64,000 nucleotides of DNA from Bugula neritina (Eukaryota; Animalia; Bryozoa). Location of the stretch: the NCBI GenBank assembly GCA_964035545.1, contig OZ037767.1, positions 9,558,581 to 9,622,580 on the forward strand. The letters run 5' to 3'. The notes under the pieces were generated by a model. That model searched no databases. It had not been told where the DNA came from and saw only the letters and a list, made by a program, of their open reading frames with translations. Positions within the stretch are counted from its first letter, which is position 1. Every line of letters begins with the position of its first letter. Positions 43,101 through 55,000 of the stretch are shown here, in pieces. Both the position numbers and the translations under genes were made by a program.

Positions 43101-46100
43101 AGGCATTGCAGGTGTATTTTTGAGAAGTGCTCAACACTAAGGAATAAAACAAACAATATTTTAATTACTAGAATAACAAGCAGGGTACCTCAGGTGGGCA
43201 TTAGCTGGTACAAGTAGACATATGTGACTTTGGCCGCAAAGATCGGTTGTGAGGAAACATCTAGAAGCTTTTCCTGTACTACTACAATTATAGTATGACT
43301 TGCAATTCATCTCCAATAATATTATATTAAACATACAATATAAACTTAACACATGTGTGTAGCAATTACAAAGTTAATTACAAAAATTTTGTATTATAGA
43401 CATTATTAAAGATAGACACAACCCTTTGATAATAGCACTCTGGCAGCCAACAACATAGAGGCATGTCTATTAACACTAACCATGAGCTCTGATCTGACCA
43501 GAGATGGTGAAGACAGATATCAGGTCTGATAGGTTCCAGCATGTCGGCTGGCAGGTTGACGTCCTGGTGGTGGGTCTGATGGTGGTTACCGGAAGAGGTG
43601 AAGGACGAGTGAGCCACAGAGGCTGAGAGAGATGGAGACGGGGCCGATGACCTCTGGGACACTGACAAGTGGTGCAGTGACGTCAGCGAAGGTGAGTTAG
43701 CGCTACAAGATGATTGGCTATCAGTATAGGTATACCACATCAACAGATTAGCAAGTCAGGAAACATAAGAGAGAATTAGAATTATGTATGGCGAGGTTAT
43801 TAGAACCAGAATATCTTTCGAAAAGACGCTAATCCAAGTTATGTTATATAGAGGAGGCTGGGGCACCATGAAGATATGCAAAAGGTTAAATGCATGCAAG
43901 ATACAAATTTCAAAATGAACGTAAGGAAACTGAGTAATGGATTGCATATGACAGAAGCCAGGACTGTGAAAAAGCTGCAATGCTGTGATTGAACAGTGAG
44001 AGGAGATCCACTCACTGATAGTATTGGAAGGAAGTTAAAGGAAATAGAAAATAAGACCTGAAATCTGCTGAAGAGACATAAAAAATGATGTCAAATCAAA
44101 GACTTTCGGGAAAATTACTGACCTCGAGAAGGCCATTAAGTGAGCAGATAAACACCTTTCAAGTTCACTAGTGTTACTAGTATACTTGATAACTGCTATA
44201 TTCTCAATATAGCACAAAATTTAACACATCTGCTGATTTTAGAAAAAAATCAATAACCAATTGAACGATTATAGAGCATAATAAGGACATGAATGAACAC
44301 TCAATACACTGATACCCTAGAGTGGGGTTGAGTCTGGTGTGTGCAGGGCTGTTGATGTAACTGTGAGCTCTCAGGGAAGGGGTACCAAGAGCCCCTATTC
44401 TTGGGGACATAGACGTAGCAGCTGGGCTAAAAAACAAAAACATTACTTCAATAGCAACAGAAGTATTATGTGTGCCATTCTATTATAATAGATATTGAAA
44501 ACACATGTTTTGCTGGCAATGAGGTTTGAATCCTTTACGAAATCAAGTTGACTAGCAACAGGGGATGCTCATTCACCAGACTAGTGCAGTGAGCCAGTGA
44601 CAGTGTCAGACAACTTGGTGCTATGCTTGATTATGGTAAAAATAATATTTTAATGTGATGCACCCAGCTCTATACACTGCCTTAGTATGACAGCTTTCTA
44701 GACAAAAAGGCTAATATTAACTTTATTGCGAAAGTGATTTGCTTCTATATACAATTTTGTGCAGAAAATTTAATCTGAACTTTTAACCTTTTAAAATCAC
44801 CAATTCATGACTAAAACCTTACTTTTCTTCACAGTCAAGTAAACACCTTGAAATTTCAACACATTTTATCAGATTAGATCAACTTCCTGATAAAGTTTAA
44901 GCTAAATATTATGATACTTATTATATCAACACAATAAATATACAGTAACTTTACAAGGGAGTTGGTGTAATAAAGTAAGTCCATTTAAAGCTTCTACTAA
45001 ACATAAATGCTTTTAGTTGTACAAATTGTAAATTTTTAGCAAACTATAAATTATACAACAAAACATTTTGATAAAATAATTATTGTAGAACAATTTTTGC
45101 AAGAATAAAAGTTCATTAGTAGCGCTGAATCTATCTATCATCTCCATCATTGTATAGTTTGATACAACTTCTACCAATGGAAACAATCTAAAAGGATTCC
45201 CTTCACTTTTGTACTACATTGACAAGAACTAACCTAAGTACAGACGAGAGGCTTAGGAAAGCTGTTTTGCCAGGTGTCATGTGACTAGCACCTGCTAAGG
45301 AGTGTTTGGGTTGCCAGCTTGAGTCAGGTACTTGATTTACACTCAGCTCTGTGTAAGTCTTTTCTTCCTAAAACATGCACCCAGCAAACTCAACCTTAAC
45401 ATACAATGCCTCTAACAAGACATTGAAGGTCAAACTAGTCTTTACAATATCTTATCGCAAAGAGAGTTGCTGTACACGATACAAAGTGCTGCGATGCACA
45501 AAACCAAGGGTAGAGAAAATGTCATTCAAAATATAAGACTGGTATAAAATATGAAATATATAAAAATGTGAATTTTTGTTCATTATTTTTATTACAGGAG
45601 TTTGGAATTGCACGGCTAAAAGCAGGAAAATAATCACCTGTGGAGTTGTCCGCCTAATTAAAAAGAGTGAATGAGATTTGCTATTCATGTCATAAATGAT
45701 GGCGATGTAAGGAGAAAGCTCACTGGACACATAGACAATGTGTTTAGATGATGTAGACACGTAGTTCAACTCAGATCCACTGCGACAGATGACCGGAGAT
45801 ATATCTGCGAGAGGATGCAGCATTGAGAACCACACGGGAAGGGCGACACTGGAAAACATTGACAGTATTGAGTACAGAGATATGAGATTTATTAGAGTGT
45901 TGTGGTGCGTATGTGTGTTCACGTGCGTGCATGTATGCGTGCGTGCATGTGTGTGTGCGTGCATGTGTAAATACAATAAACTGTAATTTGCTGAACGTAT
46001 TTATGCTCAATTGCTACATCTACCTCTAAAATAATTTGCACTAAGCAAGCTGCTGATAGTAAATAGTAAATACACAATTACTGAGTAGAACAAGTACTGT

Positions 46101-47761
46101 TTCTATAGCCGCACCATATTACAGTAAACAGTTTTACCTTTCACAGCCAAAAGTGACAACTCCCTTTGTGTTCTCAATCAGCCTCTGGAACAAGACTCCC
46201 TTCTCCAGGGGCCATGCGCCGTTAATATGAAACGGCAAAGTTACATGGTGCTCAGTTCCGCTCTCAGTTACTATGGTAACGCAGTTGGATTCAACGATAC
46301 AAAAACCATCTTGCACTTCGTCTACAGTGTATCAAAAACAGAAAATTCCGTGCATAACGTACATTAGTGAAAATTATTTTAAAGCTCAGAGAATTTTAAC
46401 AACTCATCAATGTTTTATCTTTAGCTCTGCTATTAGTAAAAAAATAAGACAATTGTAACGTATATAATGAGCTGTTGGTCATAATCAGTTACAAACTTGA
46501 ATCACTGAAATTTTATTTCATTAATTGTCAATTGTGTTAACCATCTCTTATGAAAGTCAATATTATGCTGTATGTAGTATGTCATTTTTTCATAAATGTT
46601 TAGTGAGTATCACAACTCTGTCACCACAAGCAAGTAGAAGGTGTAGGATTTACACAAAAACCTTATGGTAAAAATGACATGATGCGGTTACTCACCATTT
46701 GGTGTTAGATTAGTATCTGAATCTACCTCATTCGATGGCAACAGAAAGCTGCACCAAAACACCTGGAAAACACAACATTGTTGAAAAATAAGATTAGCTA
46801 ATCATTTCAAGGGTACTTTGACTTTCTCACAACATACCTGTTTAACTTTTGATTGGACAGTGTAAGATTTAATAATTTTTGATGATGCATTTGCGGACCC
46901 CACTGTTGAGCTCAAGACCACTGTTTTATCTCGCCCGTAGAGCTCTTCAACGCTTCCTGTCGATGATACAACTCTTTGTGTCCATAGCTCGGTAATCTGT
47001 AGAATAGAGAGCAGGCAAAGAAATCTAACAATGGTAAGGATAAGTATTAGCAATCATTAGCAGCTAAATATCGATATAGTAAATCTATTTATTATCACCC
47101 TGTACACAGCAAAGCTCTCCAACAGAATAATATTGGATATCATTTTGTAATAAAATTGTCCATACTCCATAAGAATTAAAATCATCTAACATATGTATGT
47201 GGAGCCTATAATGCACAACTCAAGCATTTAAAAAATTGAGAGAGCAACCAAAATGCATTATAAATGTTATAAATTAAACTTAATGTTAATAAGCAAATTT
47301 TCAAGCAAGTTTATACAATTTTAAATACAAAATGCCTTTACCAAAGAGATTGATGATAATTGAAAATTCGCTTACTTTCAATATATTAAAACAATATAAT
47401 AAACCTATAGTTATTAACAGTTACGGAAATCCCTAAGCTGGATCTTTCACAGACTACAGAAAAGCTCAGGAGACAGTTTTACAACACATGAACTACCTTT
47501 AGCATTTCAGGACACTCGAGAAGCATGCTAGATGTACAAATAAAAAAGCTATCAGCTGAAACAGCTTTGCAAAGTAAAACACTGAGTAATGAATACCTGT
47601 GAATCATATATGCTGATATTTCCAACACATTCGCTCAAAGATTTTGATGCTGAACCATGATTGTCACCGGCAGGATGTAAATCAAATGTAAGCCTACCAA
47701 ACGGTATGTGGTCTTTTGATACACCGGAGGTAATCATTTCTACTTCAAAATCTTCATGCAT
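20324..47761 (-). CDS. ANAPC1: Anaphase-promoting complex subunit 1 (APC1), complete, ~1947 aa
   Basis: 40 GT-AG exons, 5844 nt in one frame: 47761-47597, 46996-46838, 46762-46696, 46321-46138, 45848-45638, 45367-45234, 44426-44316, 43702-43481, 43281-43189, 43074-42915, 42482-42303, 41557-41432, 41136-40983, 40594-40512, 40266-40131, 39276-39074, 38451-38140, 38014-37936, 37706-37608, 37260-37134, 36875-36525, 36076-35839, 35170-35045, 34893-34844, 34684-34532, 33812-33703, 33243-33137, 32927-32715, 31746-31601, 31121-31031, 30377-30264, 28119-27980, 27065-26979, 26166-25971, 25789-25728, 25357-25165, 25029-24937, 23968-23797, 22280-22161, 20400-20324. APC1 motifs: HIPFGR, RTMALPVGRGM, WPAFHNGVAAGL, HAGFLMALGLNGHL, RESYSLAAGLALG, YGSHMA, DNRYHLQALRHLY, LTYSEDPNG. 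Confidence 0.97.
21529..22152. repeat. Interrupted (TAG)n microsatellite, ~620 bp
   Basis: Direct reading; abuts the ANAPC1 donor at 22160. Confidence 0.97.
22329..22498. repeat. Pentamer repeat (TAGTA/CAGTA/TAGCA)n
   Basis: Direct reading. Confidence 0.9.
22877..23787. repeat. 19-bp minisatellite (tacta[g/a]cactaccatacaa), ~48 copies
   Basis: Direct reading; abuts the donor at 23796. Confidence 0.97.
26163..26630. repeat. 23-bp minisatellite (ttacctacaacacactgtacagg), ~20 copies
   Basis: Direct reading; overlaps the ANAPC1 acceptor at 26167. Confidence 0.97.
28171..28368. mobile_element. MITE, Tc1/mariner-pogo-like, full-length copy
   Basis: Imperfect TIRs cagtgctctctccgtatctc...gagatatggaggaagcactg, TA on both sides, no coding capacity. 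Confidence 0.85.
29939..30103. mobile_element. MITE, same family, inverted and truncated copy
   Basis: Starts ta|cagtgctctctccatatctcac. Interior is the reverse complement of 57085-57272 (gagaagggcttggacc, tgtggcttatgtat). Second TIR missing. Confidence 0.75.
30921..31007. repeat. 20-bp tandem repeat (ctacagtaactactacaata), ~4 copies
   Basis: Direct reading. Confidence 0.85.
33405..33687. repeat. 34-bp minisatellite, ~8 copies
   Basis: Unit gttcctagtatattataacctatacatagcatca, seen at 33541 and 33575. Confidence 0.95.
33943..34455. repeat. 27-bp minisatellite (gttacagtagaagtaggttagtagtaa), ~18 copies
   Basis: Direct reading; explains ORFs 33963..34568 and 34076..34456. Confidence 0.97.
37862..37945. 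repeat. 22-bp degenerate tandem repeat, 4 copies
   Basis: agaca[c/t]acccact[a/g]c core; the last copy spans the ANAPC1 donor at 37935. Confidence 0.85.
38585..38865 (-). mobile_element. tRNA-derived SINE, copy 1, with duplicated tRNA head
   Basis: Homologous to 41707-41913. 18-bp TSD ttattttgc[a/g]tatataac at 38567-38584 and 38866-38883. Confidence 0.88.
41213..41425. repeat. 12-bp minisatellite (cacagtacacta)
   Basis: Direct reading; abuts the donor at 41431. Confidence 0.92.
41707..41913 (-). mobile_element. tRNA-derived SINE, copy 2
   Basis: Minus strand begins gggagtcgctgTGGTCTAGGGGttagagcg...GGTTCGGACCcc (Pol III A and B boxes). Anticodon-like loop ttAGTaa resembles tRNA-Thr(AGT). TSD cagt[c/t]acataa. 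Confidence 0.9.
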
Positions 47762-47989
47762 TAGGCTGAAATAAAACAGATAATAAAGTGAATAATACTG
47801 TGAGTACATATCAACAAAATTCATTATTAAAAATACAGTTCTTCAATGGTCACTTGCTTTCATACAAATTACCATTTAAAGGCGTACATATACAAATCTA
47901 AAATATTTTTGTTGTACTGTAAGCAAATTTGAAAATACCCTATTATAACTGTAAAAGCAAGAATATTCATAGTGATAATGCATAAAAAA

Positions 47990-48645
47990 TTTATATTGAC
48001 TATGACTATGGCATATGTTAAACTTCACACTTAATACTTCATAGTTGTAGTAGTAGCACTATTAATAGAGTTAGCTGTATTAAAGGTAACCTAATTAATA
48101 TGAATATGGGATCACACTCATAAATGCGTTCACGTTTAGATATCCAAGTAAATATTAATGTTAATAATAATAATAATATTAAAAATAATAATAATAGTAG
48201 TAGTAACTAGGCAGAAAACATGATTTGAATTTAAATAAACTATGAACCAAATTTATCAAATTGAGTTTAACTTTAACTATTACGTTTACTAAGTCTAATA
48301 GTTTAAGCGAAACCTAATCATGATACAGTAGTTATACTTATACTTATACTGATAGTGATACTCATTACTGATTACAGCTATTAGTATTACTCTATTAGTA
48401 TTAGTATTACTATTAGTATTACTATTAGTATTAGACTTACTCACTTCGACTTAGAGTTAGTATATTACTATATATCTTAACCTTTACCTTATACTTATAG
48501 TTAATAGTACTAGTACTACAAGTATATTTACTATTAGTATTAAAACTATTATTACTAATACTATTAGTATTGATATTACCACATGATACATAAATTATAA
48601 GTATTATTATTATAAAATACTAATAGTAATACTAATTGAATGTTA
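47990..48645. repeat. Low-complexity tract with cryptic 6-bp period (ANAPC1 first intron)
   Basis: tatact tatact gatagt gatact ... tattag tattag tattac tattag. Confidence 0.75.
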
Positions 48646-48649
48646 TTAC

Positions 48650-49084
48650 AAATTGAAAAAACCGCTGGTGATAACTTTTGTCGCGAACGGAAACTATGCT
48701 TATTTTTATTCATAAGATAAAAATGAAATCGCTAGCTGAAATCTGAAGGTTCACAATTTCTTCTAAATTCCCTAATTGTCATCAGACGGGAAGAACTCCG
48801 ACTAATAAACTATTTTGAAATCCAACGCCCCTTTCAACGTTTTGGTAAATTATAAAACTCTACAGCTATAAAATATCTATTGTAGAAATATAAAAAACTA
48901 CTTAAAGCAGCACTGAGTTGGTAGGTGCCGAGTGCATTGATTAGGCGGTCTCTGGCTTGGAGCGGGGGGGGGGGGGGGGGGGGTTTGATAACAATGTATA
49001 ATATACAAATACTGAACTTTCTGACTCTGAACTTGGTGCTGCTCCAAGCAAAATTCAGAGTTGTAAATCTGAAGATAAAGTAAG
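48650..49084. promoter_or_regulatory. Probable bidirectional promoter shared by ANAPC1 and RAB3GAP2
   Basis: Divergent ATGs are only ~1.3 kb apart. The ANAPC1 ATG exon has an acceptor at 47766, which implies an upstream UTR exon. Local CpG enrichment, an E2F-like TTTGTCGCGAA (~48677-48687), a CHR-like TTTGAA (~48813) and a G20 run at 48964-48983. Confidence 0.65.
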
Positions 49085-52000
49085 ATGAGCTGTCAACTGC
49101 ATCTGATATCTAAAATATGCAATCTTTCACAACTAAAACAATTTCTGAATCCAAATACTGCACAAACCAATACTACAGACACAGCTGATTTCTCTGGTAT
49201 TGTCCAAACTTCACATAACTTTTTGTAAACTGTTGCTCTTATTTTAAACTTCAAGTTTTCCTTTTACTTTTAGTTTTACTTTTACTTTTAGTTTCAGTAT
49301 GACTATGAGTATCACTTACTGAGAGTGAGTATGACTATCAGTATCACTATCATTATGACTATGAGTATTAGTATGAGTCTGAGTATCGTGATTTTCATAA
49401 TCATTATGATAATTGCAGCAGCAACGGGCAATAATTATAATAATGCGTGATTATTAGTAGGGTAATGCTGTTCTTAGTCTTAGTAAATGCAATATTTATT
49501 ATCATCAGTGTGATTACCATAATTTATATCATACTGATGGTGATACTCATACGGATAGTGATACTCATACGGATAGTGATACTCACACTGATCTTTTCTC
49601 TGCAGAAGAATGCTTGTGGTGCCGATGGTGTATGTCAATGTGTAAAATGTTGCTGTAAGGGTAACAGAATGAGAATAATAACCATTATGATTATTGTAAT
49701 AATTTTATGCGTAGAATGTTATGATTCGCTGCATGCAATTATTGGTGTGGGTTGTTAGCTGATTGAACACAGTGACTCTTTGTAGGAGGGTATTTATGCA
49801 CAATAAATAAGAAATGTAATACTCACAATCCCCTTTATTTACTCCATAATATATATAAATCCAAAAATAGCAGTTAGGGAGGACAACTCCTTACATGTAT
49901 GGAAAACTTACTAGTAAACTGGTAAACAAAGTATAAGATAATTAACTAGGTGTGTTATTGTCCTGGCTTGGTAGCTCCGAGATGTGTCCTGTTGTGCTGC
50001 TGGCTGAAGACTGACTACTGTGTTGAGGGCCTCCTTTTATACTTTGGGAAACATTCCCACCAGAATGTTCCGAGCGAATTCGAAGGAATTCGCTCGAATC
50101 GCAGGGGATTCGCAGGGCTAGAATAAAGGAATCGCGAACTTCGCAGGGAAATCCCGGTTATCTTGATTATATAAGTGTTCCTGTGAGCCGTCAGAAACAA
50201 TAGCTAATCCAGTCACGTTAGTAGTAATAAGTAGCTGGGAATAATAGCTAATCCTATCATTGCCAACATAACACTTAGCTGTTACAATACTATAGCTATG
50301 TAATGATGTATATCTAGGAAAACACGCATTCCATGGGAATGAAGTCAATAAAAATAAGGGAAATACAGCCTTAGTTATACTCTACACAATTTTACCACAT
50401 TATCATATCATAATGTAAAACTAAATGTAACAGAACAAGCAATTACTAATCAGTATGACTATGATTATGAGTAATCAGTAATGTAACTGTAGCAGAAGCA
50501 GTTGAGCCTGTAGGTGGTGATACTGACAATTACTATGAGCATTGCAAAGCCAAATGTTATTGTCACTATGACTAAGGCTATCATTATGAGTATGGCTATG
50601 ATTGCCAGTATCAATATGATAATGATGTTATTGCAAAACTAAAAGTAAGACCAAGTCTTTTTAACTTCGACTATAGTGACTTGTGACTACCACAGTACCA
50701 GTACCAATACAAATGTCTACCATGACCATCTACCTGATCAACGATAATTTAAACTCACTATGAATATGGATATAATTATGATAACAGAGTCACTTTATTT
50801 TATTTATTAATCACTGAATAATTTCATATTTTATCTATTTTGTAAAATTCTAGCTGCTAATTTATATCTTTTTTGCCTAAAACTAATAAAGCTTTAACAA
50901 TTATTATATATTATAATGCACATAACACGCACACCGCCTGTAATGTTTGGAAAAATTAGAGTAAATTATTTAACAATAGATTGGAATGAAGATTGGGGTG
51001 ATCCTCAAGACGAAACCAGCCCCTCCCAGTCTTCCTTTGACACTCAACTTGGAGAAGCTAATAAAGAAGATGATTGGTTAAGCGATTGTGAAGTGTCTGT
51101 GTCTTCACTTGGTGAACTTATTACTATAGGAAGGAAAGATAAACTGGCCGTACTTCAAAGTATGTTGCTCCTTTCTTTTAACATTGGTGTTGCCGCAGCG
51201 TTTTCGTAAAACAGCATGTATTATTTTTTGTATTTAAACTTAAATTTCAGTCAATTATGAGGAAAGTGGCTCTACCATCTTGACCATACTATGGAAGGGA
51301 GTTGTGGCTGAATATGCAAGGTAAGCTAAGCATTATGTTATAAACTCATGCGGGTTTATAGTCACCATCCCCATGAGAACCCCTGATGGAAGGGTTTTTT
51401 GAAGCAGACTAAATACTTATTCATATGAGGCACAGGAGCAATTATAACTGGATACTCTTCCTAACATCCCCAATAGCCTTTACTGGGATTCGAACCCATG
51501 ACTTTGTGTTTATTAAGCCAACACTCGAACCCCTAGACCACGGCTGCTCCCCTAAGTATGATGTTATGTTGACGGTTATTTCTTCCTGGTTTTTTTTTTC
51601 GAGCTCAAGAAATAGCTCAATCTATGTATATAGATATATGACACCTTAAAGAGGTGATACAAGTTTCATTTCCTGGATGTTTACTTGTGATCGGTCCTAA
51701 AGATACTTTCTCAGTCCATTAACAAGCTACGCTGTGAATCAGTTGATGTTTGTGCTGTAACCAACCAGTAATAATGCAGAGGCCTGGGGAAATGCAGCTA
51801 ATACCCATCTAAACAAGATTTTTATTTTTCAAAAAAAGGTAATGCGTATCATGAACAAAAAACCGTTTGACCATCCATCAGCGCCTCTATTTACTAAGCA
51901 TAAAGTTCTCTCAATATACCAGATTTACCGTTTTAAAGTGTTAAAGAAAGCTCATTCTTTTTTCTACTCTGACAATTTTTTTCCCACTCACTCTATCAAT

Positions 52001-55000
52001 ACACGTCAATCATTCATAAATCTCCCCCTTCCTCACTCTCAAACAGCAGCAGGTCACAGAAGAAACTGTTATCAGGAGGTGGCACTATGGAATGAACTGC
52101 CAATCCCTTTACGGTCAATTAGCAACCCTAATGAATTTGGGAGGAAGTTGAGGCTTTATCTGTTAGAATAGTTGTATTTTTTTTGTATTTTTCTGGATAG
52201 AGTCGCTGTCAGCTCGTGTTGGCCCGCGCATGACTAGCTAGGCTATAGCGCAATGGGCCTCATCATCGCCTCCTTGGCATTTTCTAATGTCCTTGTGTTA
52301 TTAAATACCTTTGATGAAATAAACCAAACAAACAAACAAACAAACAATGTAAGAGCACCTGCTAATGTGTGTAGGGAAGCTGTCACCTCAGTTCTATGTC
52401 TTCCGCTCATATCTCATAAGCGGTCTGCAGAGGGAGCCCCAGAGTGGACATGCATCATCGTCGGATTCAACACAGGCTATGTTCGAATATATGATGAGGT
52501 GTCGTAACTTTCTAATATATTCTAGTATTTAGGGTTAACATTAACTGTAATATAAAGTAGCTAGAACATATATAACATCTCTTGATTGTGCATGCAGTGG
52601 GATGATTTTATACAAATAGTAATGTGATGGAGGCTCAATGTGACCATTTTATCTTGTTTAAATATAAATTAGGTGCTATATAGTTATTATCTGTGTGCTG
52701 TGTATATATGTATACTATACCACGCGCTATACATCTGTATGCTGTGTGTATATGTAAATTATACAACATGCTATATATCTGTGTATTGTGTATGTATATT
52801 GTATAGCATGTCATACACCTGTATGCTGCATGCATATTGCAAGTAGGTAATATGTATATACATTTTTGTAGACAGGGACGAAGGTTCTGGACCAAATGCT
52901 CCACAATGAGTCAGTAATGTCGGTGAAATGTAAAACTTATAACCCTCCTCGGTATTTCAGCTACAGTGACCATGTAAGTCTATCTTCTACCTCACGCTGC
53001 ACCATGACCCCTGTGTATACCTCATCTAACTAATCTGAGTGTAACAGGCTTCAGCTCCCTCACTCAGTTCATTCACATTTTCTTGTTTGTACGAATGACT
53101 AGTTTTTCCCCTTTCTATCCAGTTTGCGATGGAAATCTAGAAAGTTTATGTTGAAATTGAATTAAATGCTGATATATTCAAGTTGAAACAATTTGAACGA
53201 CATGGATAGGATTTGAAATGTGTTCAATTAGCTGATGTGTATAATGTTGTTATTACGTTTATTATTTCTAGAGCATTCTTAGAGAAAAGGTAATGTTGTG
53301 AATAGTTAGACCATTATACACAGTGTGAATGTATTTGCTTTATGTGGATGTTTGTATTAACTCTCATCCATTCTAAACACTGAATAAACACGCTACACAA
53401 TTTCATCTCTTTATGTACAGGTTTTGCACTTTTCAAAATCTAATACTCTAAGTACTAAATCTACTAGCCTCTGCTATAGTAGTATTACCAGCAAAACTTA
53501 CATATTATTTTAATTTCAAACATGCTGACTCAAGGTTTGTTATAGACATATAGTATAGGAATAGCCGGATGGCGCTACAATAATTTTAGTTTCTTTTAGT
53601 ATTCTCACAACCTAACAGCCTTTTGTGCCATAAGAAAGCTTGATAATTATTATTCTAATTGACTTAGTGTTTTGTACACTGTAAGAATGTGTTATGTATT
53701 GTTCATAAAATCTATCATGTAACTTTGCATGATGCATTAATGAGGGAGGTGTGCTGTCTTTTTTCAGATGTACATATTTCTATACTATGTTTCATATATT
53801 GTCAATTTTTTTTTAAATACTGGGTGACAGAAAATTGCGGAACTTTAATGAGTCTTTAGTTCATTTATAAGTTTCCCGGGACAATTTAAACTAGCTCTAT
53901 ATTTCATACCTCGCAGACAGAAGAGTTAACCATACTATACGAAACAGTTGTGGTCTCCCTAGATGGATTTGGACTCTTTCAAACTCTTCGTGCCTGTAAA
54001 AATAGAGCAGCAATGGGTAGGTTCTCATCATTTGTAGATTTAAATTTAGACTTCAAGGTCATGAAAAGTTTGGGCAAAGCAGTCATTTTCCATGGTTGTC
54101 ACTTACAGATTTCCTAATATGACTATTGCGTTATGCTAAGCTTATACTATGTAGTGTGACCCGATATTGTGGTGACAACTCCCGTCACCAATGAGACTGA
54201 TCAATAGCAGCTTAATTGTAGTAGTGACTCATAGCAACAGACTCTCCTGTTTCTATAGGTCTCCGGTGCTCATGTGATTTGGATAGAACTATGAATATGC
54301 TCTACACACTGTCTTTTGTCTTATGTTTTGATGGTCCAAAAGTGACTCATGAATGACCAGTTCAGTACTACTCTGTACTATTGTGTTACACCACTCATAT
54401 GTATAACATATACCTTTAGCTGCTGCAACGGGGTCGTCTGACTTGGAGTTACCTCCCTTGAGTTATAAAAAATGGGGGTTAAAAGGCCAAGGACAAGCTA
54501 CGGATCACATATCCGTCGGTCAATATTCACCAAATCCATTTGATCAGATGCAGACAGCTTCAGTGGTGAGGACAACTACTAAACGCTTAAAAGTGTCTTG
54601 TTAATTATTTTATAATGCATGATGAAATAAGATGAGTGGTTGTTTATTTAGTTTCTAGTTGTTACTTTTCTCTTAAACTTATACTGTAGAACGTGGTATG
54701 GTATATATTGTTACATGTGCCTGTATACATGTGGCTACCCACTTCTACTGTCTACTTATACTGTGAGACTTGGTAACTTATAGACATATGTGTGCTTGTA
54801 TAGATGTAGCTACATACTTCTGCTGTTTACTTTGTGCTGGTCGGATTTGTAGGCAGGATTTAAGGAGAGGATTTCATCAACTCCCCCTACATGCAGTGTG
54901 TTTGCTTGTACAGGGGACAACCCTTATATCGGTGTCTACCATGCTATGGACGTGAGTATCTCCATCTTGCTGGAGCGTTCAGCTATTCTCACTATGCTGG

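Noticed and set aside
44510-44590. Second tRNA-like or SINE fragment
   Set aside because: Only a weak B-box-like match, single copy.
49447-49758. Hydrophobic ORFs resembling membrane peptides (also 1141..1326)
   Set aside because: By-products of the periodic AT-rich tracts; non-ATG starts.
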